The notes below the pieces were generated by a model. That model worked only from the letters and a program-made list of their open reading frames with translations. It was not told the origin of the DNA and ran no database searches. DNA of 64,000 nt, taken from NCBI GenBank assembly GCA_013265495.1, contig MU057801.1, positions 620,001 to 684,000 of the forward strand, in the 5' to 3' direction. This document shows, piece by piece, positions 11,396 to 22,331 of the stretch. The first letter of the stretch is position 1; every line of letters begins with the position of its first letter. The position numbers and the translations under genes were made by a program. Source of the stretch: Vicugna vicugna (taxonomy: Eukaryota).

Positions 11396-13287
11396 AGTAT
11401 CTGAAGCCACTTGCCTTAGGATCATTGTGACTATGCCTTGCTGTTGGGGCATTTTAATATTTAACAGAACCTGGTCTATTAACAATTCATGGAATGCCTT
11501 AGAAGGCTTTAACTAAATTTGTAGTTGGTTAAATGCCCATGAGCAACTAGTTTACAAAATTTTTCAGACTTCAAATGTATAGAAAGACTGACAAAAGCAT
11601 GTAAAAGTGGGCCGTGTGAAACATTTGGGGTATAAGGAAGAAAGACTAACTCCACAAGAACGGACTGAAATGACTACTTAAGCTTGAGAGCAGTTAAGAG
11701 AAATTTTAATCTACCAAATTCTCAAAAGAATCGTGCGTCACACTAAGAGCAAGTGATAATGGAAACTTCTAATAAAAAGAAAACACCAGACAGTTAAATA
11801 AACCAACATTTATCATTTGGGCTTAAAGAGTTAGGAGATACTTGGTTTCTAAGTTCACAGGAGAATTTAAAACCTCTTTTGCCACAGAATTTCACAGTCA
11901 TTTTTATACCACAGAACTGTGCTGGGACAAGTCTGCATGAAGCCCCGAGGTTCTCTGGAGAGTGACTATTCAAGTCAGAGACTGTTGTATATTGAAAGAA
12001 AGTGGCACAAAAATTTAGATGTGCTAATTTTAGGTTTGTCCTTTTTCATTAACCTATTCGTCTTCTGCCATTTTTAAGTGACGGCTCATGGTAAGGGGCG
12101 AACCTGTTTCCGGGACAGCCCCGTGGGTTGCCTTTAGGGGAAGTAAGTTAATTTTCTTATGACATGGACAACAAGGTAGGAGATAACAGAGAAACAGATC
12201 CAGGGTCATTTTATTATTTAAAAAAATGTTTTGAATTTACAACTAGGGGGGAAAAAATCAAGAAAAGACTGCAGTTTGAGAGAACAGCAGAACACCAGCA
12301 GAGGACAAGCAGGTGATTCAGAGACTGGAGGGCACGCAGCAGGAGCGTGGACTGTGCCCCGTCGCCCCGCCAGCCACACGGCCCCAGTCAGGAGGGTCTG
12401 CTCTCCTGCAAAACCTCCATGTGAAGAAGGCAGCATTTCAGGAACCTGGTCATTAAGTCTTAGACTGAAAGTCCACCTCCATCACTGCCGACCTGGGCAC
12501 CCTTGGGAAAATCCCTCCCGTTTGCTAAAACTATGACGGGCTGCTCCGGAGCCCCGCTCCCATCTGGCCCCCACTCCCGGCCCATCCCCCTCGGCCTGAA
12601 CTCCACTCCGACTCTGCAGTCCTGAGAGCACAGCCTGGACCCCGGACCCTCACTGGCGAGTGCCTGCCGAGTCCTTCCTCCCTCTGCCCAAGGTCCCACC
12701 CGGGGTCTGTCTCGGCACTCCCAGGTCACCTGTTCACACTGTCTGGCGACAGACCAAGCACTCTGTCCAAAGTACTCGGTCAGACCCACCACCAAACACT
12801 TCTTTGGAAAATAAAACCACTCCTGTTCTGGTTTCACCCTCCATGAGCTTCTGGAAGCACCTGTCTCTGCCGGCCTTCCTCGGCCGCCTGTCCGCCTTCT
12901 TCCCTCGACCTCCTAGAGACGACACCTCTCGGTTCTCCGTCCGTTTTCCAGATTTTGCTTTCCTGGTGATGTCCCCTCATTCCCTTTCCTTTAAGGAATT
13001 CCTTAAGTTCTATTCTATCCCCAAGGTTCCATTCTTAGGCCTAGGTTTTTAGCCTGCTAAGTCCATAAAATTTTCACGGATGATTTGACACTCCATACCC
13101 ACTTTTTTTTTAACTTTCAATTTTTGAGACACTTGAAGATGCACCTGTACTTGTAAGAAATAATACAGAGTGATCCTGAATATCCTTCACGCAAGCAGTA
13201 ACATCTTGGATGGTGACAGTACAGTATCACAATCATCACTGAGACAACGCATCAGGATTCAGAGTTCACTAGTCTTACATACACTCA

Positions 13288-13289
<2 letters not shown>

Positions 13290-13325
<36 letters not shown>
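13290..13325. repeat. (TG)n microsatellite, about 18 units
   Basis: Direct dinucleotide run. Confidence 0.95.
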
Positions 13326-13326
<1 letters not shown>

Positions 13327-13971
13327 TTCTACGCAGCTTTATCACACGTAAAGAAGACACACCCGTATCTTGACTCATCTTCCAAGGCCTAGGGAGGGGC
13401 TCTTGTCATCCAGTGAAAAGGGTGGTGGAGGAGGACACGCGGCAGCCCCCCAAGTCCTGACAACACCCACACACTCTCCGGCGGGCCCTCTGCTCTGAGA
13501 TCAAGTCTCACGCTGTGGCTCGCAAACTCCCCTCTTTCTTCGTGAAGCCCTCCTAGTCTGGAACACTCTACCAGTGCCTTGCAAAGTCTGCCCATCCTTC
13601 CAGGTCTGGCTTAAGTCCTCCGTGGAAGCCCCCAAGGTGCTCCAGGGCCACATGTGAGTCCCTCTGCCTTAATCCTGTCTCTCCCATGAGATGAAAGCTC
13701 CTTGGGGACAGAAAATGAACTGGTTTTGTGGGTCCTCTGGGTCTGAGACATGCAGGTCCTCAATAATACAAAATTTAACCAGGATGGGACAAGAAGGGGG
13801 AGGAGAACAGAAAAGGACAAGAAACAAAGAAGGAAGAATTTGCTATCACAGAAACCTCTAGAAACCCGGATTTCAGCACTAGATTTTTAAAAAATAACAC
13901 AGCAAGTGTGAACACAAGGCTGCCACCTTCCCTTTCTTGCTCATGGGAATGAATATTCTGGAGACTCTTAC

Positions 13972-14155
13972 CCTCTTCGACAGTAAGCAGGTTGCCCAGC
14001 TCTGCTGATGAAGGATACTGAACCGGCTCAGAATTCTTCACGTTGGCCAGGGGCAGGAAGGGGTCGTAGTCCGTGGACGACAGGTCAGCCAGCGTCAGGG
14101 TTTTGTGGCTCTGTTGGGTGTATGTGCTCGAGCCACAAACGCAGCAGTGCAAAAC
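13972..14155 (-). CDS. RALGAPA2: RALGAPA2 exon, 184 nt: [61 protein letters not shown](E)
   Basis: Acceptor ttctgtttttggcag|GTT; donor GAGG|gtaaga; phase 0-1. Confidence 0.96.
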
Positions 14156-14460
14156 CTGCCAAAAACAGAAGGGAAGGTGCGTTGCGGGTGCCACCAACCT
14201 CCTGTCTCCTGACGATCTGTCCAACCACAATGGCACTTAGGTAGGCCTCCGGCCTGGTAATTCCTGAAAACATGGAATCCTTCCCCTCTAGAACGCCTTC
14301 CTGCTATTAGCAAGTGTATCTTGCTCCTTTCACGTCAACGTCAGTAAGTAAAAGGAAAGGAAACGTCAACAAGAGCTTATTTCCCTATTCTGTGCAGTCA
14401 ATCCTGCTCTGGTCCACAGAGGCAGCACGAGGGCAGGGAGCCCAACCAGGAGATGCGGAC

Positions 14461-14774
14461 TAGCCGGGGGATGAGGACCAGCCAGGGGATGAGGACCAGC
14501 CAGAGGAATGAGGACCCAGCCGGGGAATGAGGACCAGCCAGGCGAATGAGGACCCGGCCCGGGGATGAGGACCAGCCAGGGGAATGAGGACCCAGCCGGG
14601 GGATGAGGACCAGCCAGGGGAATGAGGACCCAGCCGGGGGATGAGGACCGGCCGGGGGATGAGGACCAGCTAGGGGATGAGGACTGGCCGAGGGATGAGG
14701 ACCAGCTGGGGGATGAGGACCAGCCAGCGGAATGAGGACCCAGCCGGGGGATGAGAACCGGCTGGGGGATGAGC
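14461..14774. repeat. G-rich minisatellite, about 17 units of 18-20 bp (gccgggggatgaggacca / gccaggggaatgaggaccca)
   Basis: 17 ATGAG cores spaced 18-19 bp apart; it accounts for the repetitive ORF 14366..14818. Confidence 0.95.
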
Positions 14775-15439
14775 TGCAGATAACCCACCACCCAGGCTGG
14801 AAGGCAGAGAGGGAGCAATTAGCAGAGACCCTTAGCCTAGCTGATAAATGTTAATGAATCTGAATTTGTGTAACTCACAACCCCATGACTTGGAAGAGCT
14901 AATACAATTTTTAAAAGTATAATTAATGCAATAAATTTAATACAAATTAGTTTCTTGAAAGCTCACTGCTTGTTAACCAATTACCGTTGACTGAAGGCCT
15001 GTAAGCCAGGCACACAAACCATCTTGAGTATGCCAAAGCGTATAAATGAGCTAATAACTGTACTAAAGTTTACTTTTTTAAATCGTAAATCCAAGATCAT
15101 TAATTCAAAAACCTGATTTTTATGAAGACGAGGATAGCACTTTAGAACTAAGGAAAGATCACTTTTGGGGACCTGCTCTGATCTGCCCCAAGCAGGACGC
15201 CGTGGGGTCAGGCTGGGCGTCTCCCGAGTTAGTTCCCTCTACCTGTGTGGCCTCGTGGGGACTGGAGGAGGATGGAGGCACATGTGGCCTTTGGACACGG
15301 CTGAAAAGTACTGCAGTCAGCAGGGGACAGTCACCTGGACACCTCTTCCCAAGAAAAAAGCTGTCTAGGAAACTTAGGGTAGCTTTCTTATTAATATAAA
15401 ATTTGTTTTCCAGTCTTCAAGAGAATTAATTTCTTAAGT

Positions 15440-15920
15440 TAAATGCCATAAATATAAGAAATACAAATTCAAACCACAATGCAATACCACTGAATTCCTG
15501 CCAGACGCGAACAGTCAGCAAGAATGTGGAGCGGCCGCAGTTCGCAGACACCGCTGGTGACAGTGGACATCTGCACGCCACTCTGGAAGAGCACCAGGCG
15601 CCCGCTACTGCAGCGGAACACGCGGATTCCAGAACTCCACTCCCAGGTGCACGCCCGGCAGAAACGCATACACGTGTGAACCAAAGGACTGTGACTCCCA
15701 GGGGACGGTATGAGTCCACACAGTAGCCACAGCCCTGACAGCGGTCACTGGGGTGCGTGCGGAGCAGACACAGTGGGGCTCCTGGGGTCTGGGGACGCTC
15801 TGTTTCTAGACCGGGACCTGGTTTGGTGGGCGTGCTCATGTTGTGAAAACCCACCAAGCTCTCACTTATGACTGACGGGTGCACTTTCCTGGGTGCAGAT
15901 TACACTTCAACAAAAAAAGG
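15440..15920 (+). mobile_element. Old L1 (L1M-type) 3' fragment with internal deletions
   Basis: agaaatacaaattcaaaccacaatgcaatacca…aagaatgtggag…ccactctggaa…ccactcccagg…tacacttcaacaaaaaaa follows the order of an L1 ORF2 end and 3'UTR. Confidence 0.7.
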
Positions 15921-16225
15921 TTTCCTTTAAAAATACAATAAAGAATTATTCAATAAATTTATGTATCATGTTAACTATAAAGTATTTGTTATATTGGTAA
16001 AGCAATTTTAACAGAAATGTTTTAAGAAAAGAGAGGCTAGAAAAGAGAAGAATTTAAATGACTGTGGCTACTTCAGCTGGTCAAGCCATCTAGGCTTCTA
16101 ACACACCAGGATGACAGAAGAATGGCTCATCTGAACACAGCTACTACAATATTTGACAACTGAAGAAACCATTTAAAAATACGTAATACTTTTTGGTAGA
16201 ATTTCAACCATGACTAAGTGAGTTT

Positions 16226-16226
<1 letters not shown>

Positions 16227-16262
<36 letters not shown>
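16227..16262. repeat. poly(T)36 tract
   Basis: Uninterrupted homopolymer. Confidence 0.95.
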
Positions 16263-16266
<4 letters not shown>

Positions 16267-16399
16267 CACTTTAAAGTGAGGCAACAAAGTGATCAACTAA
16301 TGACTTGGAAATCTTTTTAAAAAACTATTGTTAAAGGTTTCTTACTACAAAAATAAGCAACAGGATTGTCCCTACTTAATAGTAATTATTCAAACAACA

Positions 16400-16455
16400 C
16401 ACAGATAATAGACAGGCAGACAGACAGGTAGATAGACAGATGGACAGACAGACAA
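16400..16455. repeat. Degenerate (GACA/GATA)n tetranucleotide repeat
   Basis: acagataatagacaggcagacagacaggtagatagacagatggacagacagac. Confidence 0.8.
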
Positions 16456-17027
16456 AGGCTTTCACAGGACAGGCTGTGAGGCCTGTAAGGAAGGCTGGTA
16501 TAAAGGGTCCAGAGCAAGCGCCACAGCCGGTCAGCAGGCGGCGGTGAAATTCGAGTGTTTTAAGTGCTGTGAGATCGATGAGGCTGATTGCTTTGATGTG
16601 ATATACTGTCTTTCCTTAATTTATACCCTAAGATTTTTTAAAACAGATTAGGGGGACCATTGTACGTTTTCTTCCTTTGATTTTGTCAAATGAAGGCTAT
16701 GGCTATTCCTACGATATAAACGGCTCCTTTCAAAATAAAGCAGGTACCGACTAGGCTCCACGCACAAGGGGCCCTGAGCGCAGCGCAGCCGGGTCCAGAC
16801 AGCAGTCAGAGGAACGCGAGCCTCGCGCGCCGGGGAGGTGCGGCCACTCTATGACCACAGCTGCTCCGTTTTCACTCCAGAAGTCATTCCTTTCCTTTAA
16901 AATGTTTACCCCCAAAAATCCTTGCCGAAAAGGCAAAGATAAGTAAATAAATGCAGAAAACACGGTCCGATGATTGTGGGATGTGTAGGTGCGCAGTCGG
17001 CGCCCCCGGGGCACAGGGGAGACTCAC

Positions 17028-17162
17028 CCTGTAGACGTAGTCCAGCAGGGGGGCTCGGGGCGAGGGCTGCTCCAGGGCCGCCGTGCACACCGGGTGGAGG
17101 AGGGCGCTCAGGGGCAAGGCCATGCACCAGTCCAGGAGGCAGAGCAGCAGGGACACGATGAG
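17028..17162 (-). CDS. RALGAPA2: RALGAPA2 exon, 135 nt: [45 protein letters not shown]
   Basis: Acceptor cctcctctccag|CTC; donor AGG|gtgagt. Confidence 0.96.
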
Positions 17163-17477
17163 CTGGAGAGGAGGCAGACCCTGCGCCTTACTCTGCAGCC
17201 TCTGCAACCCCCCACGTGTTCCCTGCCAAGGACCACAGCACTGCCCCACGTGCCAGCAACGCCCAGGACATACGCGTGCGGAGGGACTGAGCTTGAATTA
17301 TCTAGGATAAATTGTTTACCATTTATTCTTATTTACAATGAGCAAGGGCTTCACAGGGAGGCCGTGAGGCCCAACACAGAGGGCACGACAAAGGCCGCCC
17401 CTCTGTGGGGTATGGTCTACCGCTGTGTCTCGTATTTCCCCCAACTCCAGGGGAACCTCAGCTCGTGGGCTGCTTAC

Positions 17478-17546
17478 CTTCTTATCGGCTTCCACTGAGG
17501 AGTGCTCTGCACTGGGCAACAGAAAAGCAATTGTGGCCACAAGGAT
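17478..17546 (-). CDS. RALGAPA2: RALGAPA2 exon, 69 nt: ILVATIAFLLPSAEHSSVEADKK
   Basis: Acceptor tctttggcacag|ATC; donor AAG|gtaagc. Confidence 0.95.
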
Positions 17547-18807
17547 CTGTGCCAAAGACAAATACCCAGTCAAACAGACCGTAGTGAGGGTTTTGGGAGC
17601 CATGTATGCAATCGGAGTCCCGGGATGGCCCTGCCACTGAGCCCAGCCTGGTGCCAACTCCTAGAGGAAGCTGACAAAAAGCCAAGAGTCATTTTAGAGG
17701 TGTGTGTGCTCCTGAAAACCAGCAGAAGGCAATGGGGCCAGGCTGGTGGCAAAATCAGGGGCATCAGAGAAAGGAGTATGTCTCTCTGGACTCACACAAT
17801 TTCCATCATCGGTCTCCAGGCTTTTCACAATGAAAGCAAAAAACACTTCCAAAAATAATTAAGAAAATGCTCCCGTTTGATAATTTTCTTGTAAATTACT
17901 CTGGGTCCCTGTCCGCCTATGGTCCCGGGGGAACAGCACCCTCTTCATTCCTACAGGTGTTTCCATGTAGGTGATAAATTATACAGCTGCCCTAAAAACC
18001 CGACTTGACTTTCTGCAGCATCTTATACTCCTATTGTCCGAAGCTCTACCTCAGTCTAGGTCCCTCAAGGTCGAAAATCACTCGTGATTTCTGACGGCTC
18101 TCCGAGAGAACAAAGTGACCTCACCGGTGAAATTTATCTAGGGCCGAGAGAAAAATCAATATCACATCTTCTCTCTCCCTGAGATACCACGTCTGGATGT
18201 GTACACAGCAGGGCGTGTTTAAAGAAGCGCAGCTACAGAAGCCGGCGGGGATGCGTGCGCCTCACCACTAGGGTCCTGCTTCTGCACCAGCCGGCGCCCC
18301 CCGACAGCCCTGACCTCGGGGGCACGCTCGCTGAGAAGACCCTTCCCGTTCCCTCTCTTCCACCAACTACCCCACAGAGGGGTGTGAGTCGCAATTTCGT
18401 TACAGCTGGGTAATCACGCTGCGGCAGAGCAGGGCCCTGTTTTACACAGCAGCCCCTCCCCGCCCCCCGCACACAGGGCATCGCAACCAGCTGCCTGCTC
18501 CTCGTTGGCACCATCCAAATTACTCGGGATGAATGAGGCCCAGTCTACAAAAGGCCTCTTTGTTGCGGTCGTGTCTGCCTTTCCAACCCCGCCACTGTAA
18601 GACTGCCCTGGAACACTGGTGGCTTCTTACGCAGGGCCTGGAATCACAGCTGAGAAGAACCAGGGCAATTTAATCTTAAAATGGGTGACTCGCGTGGCAA
18701 TTTAACAGTCGGCCCTCTAACAATTGTTTGAGTATCCATAGTTAATTAAGTATCAAATATAATCAGAGGAAACGCTTGTGTTCTAGCATTACAGGAGGAA
18801 GACTTAC

Positions 18808-18918
18808 TTCTGCAATTTTCCGAGGCAGAGAGGTTTCAAAGACCTGAAGCTTTTCCCAGTAGGAAACCAGCAGCTGAAGGACGTCACAGGCTACCTGGGC
18901 CACGATTTTGTTAGGAAA
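18808..18918 (-). CDS. RALGAPA2: RALGAPA2 exon, 111 nt: [37 protein letters not shown]
   Basis: Acceptor tgttttcacag|TTT; donor GAA|gtaagt; within ORF 18763..18948. Confidence 0.96.
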
Positions 18919-19659
18919 CTGTGAAAACAGACAAACAAAAAACCACACATCCCCAAGCTAAACAACCTCACTTAGCACGGACGCTATTCCCAAAGAAGAA
19001 CAAAGTAGTTCTTTCCCTCCAGCACTGTTTAGGGATCCTGGTTCTGCATTAAATGTAAGAAAAGTGCATCCTGTTCCCAGACGGTCTGTGCATGATCCCC
19101 GTTCTGCAACTGCCTCTGTCTGGACTGGACTGGACTGTGTTAATGTCCATAATGTTCTACAGAAACACGTCACCATCGTGCAGTCACCTGGAAAGTAAAG
19201 CCACAACTTCAAGTACCTTATTCAGATCACATAAATGACAGTTCTGGCAACGGGGGGAAAATAAAACATAGTACATTGTTGAGCATCTCCTGGGTGCCAG
19301 ACCTTTTCCAAGAACTGACTCATTTTCGCATTGATAATTCTGCACTGACAGCTCTGAAGGTACACATTCCCTTCATTTTACACGTAAAGAAATGAGAATG
19401 GACCCAAAGACTTTCTATACTATGACATTAAACTTAACATACAACTGTAACATTCTAAGAAATGCTAGAAACGTGGCACTATGGGAACAGAATTCAAAGT
19501 TATGTAGATTCAATAACTGAGTATGTTTTCTGGGTCTGGCGTGAGTCCAGGGTCCTCTTCCATTTCTTGTGAGACAGCATGTCAAGGGGATGGTCCCTGG
19601 AAGGACTGCTGGCTGGGGATGTGTGAAAGGGATGACGATATCCTGACCATGGTGGGCCT

Positions 19660-20000
19660 CTGCCCATTCCTCAAACACTCTGCCTTATTCCTGCCTCAGG
19701 GCCTTTGCACCTGCTCCTTGCTCCACCTGGGACACTCACTCCCCAGGTCTGTATTTGGCTGGTGCTGCCACATCTTTTAGATCATGGCACCAGATGTCCT
19801 CTCCCCCGTGAGGCCACCATGCCTGTCCAAAGGTGTGGGGCCCACCCCTGCAGCCCTTCGGTTTCATCCCACTGCCCTGTGGAGTTTCTGTATTGCACTG
19901 AGGGCTATCAGAGCTGAACGTCCCTGCTTGTCTGCTTGTTCTTTTGTGTTTGTTTCCCCACATCTTGTTCACCATCATATTCCTAGTGCCTGGCCCACCC
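19660..20000. mobile_element. L2 (LINE2) 3' relic
   Basis: ttcctcaaacac…cctgcctcagggcctttgcacctgct…cctagtgcctggcccac are typical L2 3' motifs. Confidence 0.65.
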
Positions 20001-21999
20001 CTGAGGGGGTCTGAGGGGAAGATGGAACACGAAGGGAGAGGAGGAATGGGAGTGGGCACTGGGTGTGTTTCTGCTGCATCTCAGCAGTCAAGTCATGGGG
20101 CTGAAACAAGGCTGGCATGGCTCTTCCTGCTGAGCTGGAGACAGACAAGGTGACCGTGGTGACATGAAGGGAGTGGCAGACAAGAAAGACAAGAGGGCTG
20201 TGGACAGAGAAGGATGAGGCTGGAGAGTTGGGGACAGACAGCAGAGAGATGGCCCCGCAGAGCAGGGAGGGTGGGCTGAGCCTAGGGGAATGCAGGGGCG
20301 GACAGCACCCTTCCAGGCAGCGGGCCGGGCACAGGCACAGAGGCAGGTAAGGTCGCTGTGTGTTACTGACACATGGAGCATTTCGGGGCACGTGGGGAGG
20401 AAATCACCCACTCACTGGCTCACCTAGCGCAGGTTCACGGAGTCCCCACCACATGCCAGCACTGGACTGAAAGCACAGGGCACAAGGTGTACGGGGCGAG
20501 GCAGTCCCTGCTCTGAAGGAGCTGACAGCTCAGGGCAGTAGGCAGGTCCATGCTGAATGCACTGGTCCGTGAGGCATGGGGTTAGGCCTATCTGTGGATG
20601 GACCCCTCTGGCAGCCACATGGACCAGAACTGAGGGTCCAGACTAGGGGCCGGCTGTGTAAGGATGGCCCTGGGGCAGAAGGTGGGAATGAGGAAGGCTG
20701 TTCAGGATTCTGAGGCCAGGACGGGCGGTGGGGAAAGGAGGGGAGACGGTCATGATGGCCCCTCAGATGGGCTGGGAGAAGGAGCGGCTGGAGGGCTGAG
20801 GGCCGGGGCTCAGGTCAGGCCCCTCTCAGTCGGGGTGCCTGGGAGGCAGGGTCAGGAAGCCTCCAGAGCCTGAGCTGACATTTCCACCCCAGTGCCGTCA
20901 GCCCACGTCCTGGGCAGAAGGCCGGAGTCTAAGTATGGCTCCAGCCGAGAACAAACAACCACCCCCTCCCCACCACCCACATGCTGTCCCACCAGAAACA
21001 AAATCTCCGGTGGCTGGGCAGTACCTGTTCCCTCACTCCTGCGGCCACAGGCTGGTTTTTATCCACAGCCCCGGGGAGCATCTCCCTAGACTGCTGCCCG
21101 CGCCCTTCCCACACTGAGGGCACAGTCACGGCCAGGTCAGCCTTGCCAAGTGCTCCTGGAGGCGCGGCCACAGCAGAGCAGTGCCCAGAGCGGGGCGGGG
21201 CCCACGAGGCAGGGAGCCCCACCCCCGGGCCTCCAGCTCCTGCCGCCCCAAGGCCGGCCTGGGCCTCCCGCTCCTCTCCCTGCGCTCTCTTACGCTTAAC
21301 GGGAGACCGATGTGACTGATCCCGGTCCCCTGACTTCTCAGCAGCTCAGGCTGTGGCAGGTTCCTGGGCCTTCCGCTTAGTCGCCCTCTCTGTTATTTCT
21401 AGAACGGGCAGAGCGGAGGCGTCTACGGGGGGAGGAATTCGACGGGACGGTCCAGGCCCGGTGCTGGGACCCCCAACAGAGCAGGGGCTCAAAGCATGGC
21501 AGGTACATTCTGTTCTGGGTTTTTTTTTTTTTGCATAATTACAGAAAAATTAAAGCACTTTTTGAAAATTTGTAGGAATACTAAGACAGATCTGGCCCAG
21601 CGGGAGGCGAGTGCCCAGCAGGTGGCAGCTCTTCTTACTGACAAAGCGAAGGGGGAAGGACCCCCTCCAAGTGCCCGGGGCCCAGCGGACATGCGCTGGG
21701 GCGGCCACCCAGGAGCTATCCCGTCTCTCTCAGTCCTGCTGAACAGGCAAGGGCAAGACATCCCACCTCCTGGTCACTCCGGCCAGCAGCGGACAGGCGT
21801 CCTGCTGACCACAGGAGCTGCCAGCCACCAGAGGAACCCCACTTGGCCCCTGGGCTTGGTCCACGGAGCTCAGGCTGTGGGCGGCCAGGCTGCAGCTGCC
21901 AGTGGGGAAGCAGCCATTGGAGGCCCCTCCCGGGACCCTCACAGGACGGTCAAGGTGGCTCTCAGAAGACAATTCTTGTTTGTTTAAAAAAGAAAGTCC

Positions 22000-22087
22000 T
22001 ATTTATTTATTTTGATAGAGGTACCGGGGATAGAACCAGGACCTCATGCATGCTAAGCACACGCCGTTCCAGTGAGCTATACCCTCC
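22000..22087 (-). mobile_element. vic-1-like SINE
   Basis: Reverse complement reads GGAGGGTATAGCTCACTGGAACGGCGTGTGCTTAGCATGCATGAGGTCCTGGTTCTATCCCCGGTACCTCTATC followed by an (AAAT)n tail. Confidence 0.85.
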
Positions 22088-22222
22088 TGCCCAGAAAAAT
22101 AATTTTGACTCGAAATCTCTCTGTAACGTAAGGGAAAACAGAGATCAGGCTAATTTGAACTAAAACGGTTGGACAGCTGGGATGCAGCTTAGCATCCAAC
22201 GTGCAGGGGGAACTGGCAGTAC

Positions 22223-22331
22223 CTTCAAAGTGACACCAATGACGTTGACAGCCTCCTTCAGCTGAGGGTGGCCTGTGCGCTCCGCGAGCTCCTCACATAT
22301 CCAGACCCCCAGGGAGCAGATGGCGATGCAT
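22223..22331 (-). CDS. RALGAPA2: RALGAPA2 exon, 109 nt: (R)[36 protein letters not shown]
   Basis: Acceptor tcttctttttcgaaag|A (AAG-type); donor AAG|gtactg; phase 2-0; read manually. Confidence 0.94.

Noticed and set aside
14366..14818. 150-aa ORF with repeated WSSSP/VLIP motifs; superficially CRISPR-like periodicity
   Set aside because: It is the translation of a minisatellite. There are no unique spacers and the genome is eukaryotic.
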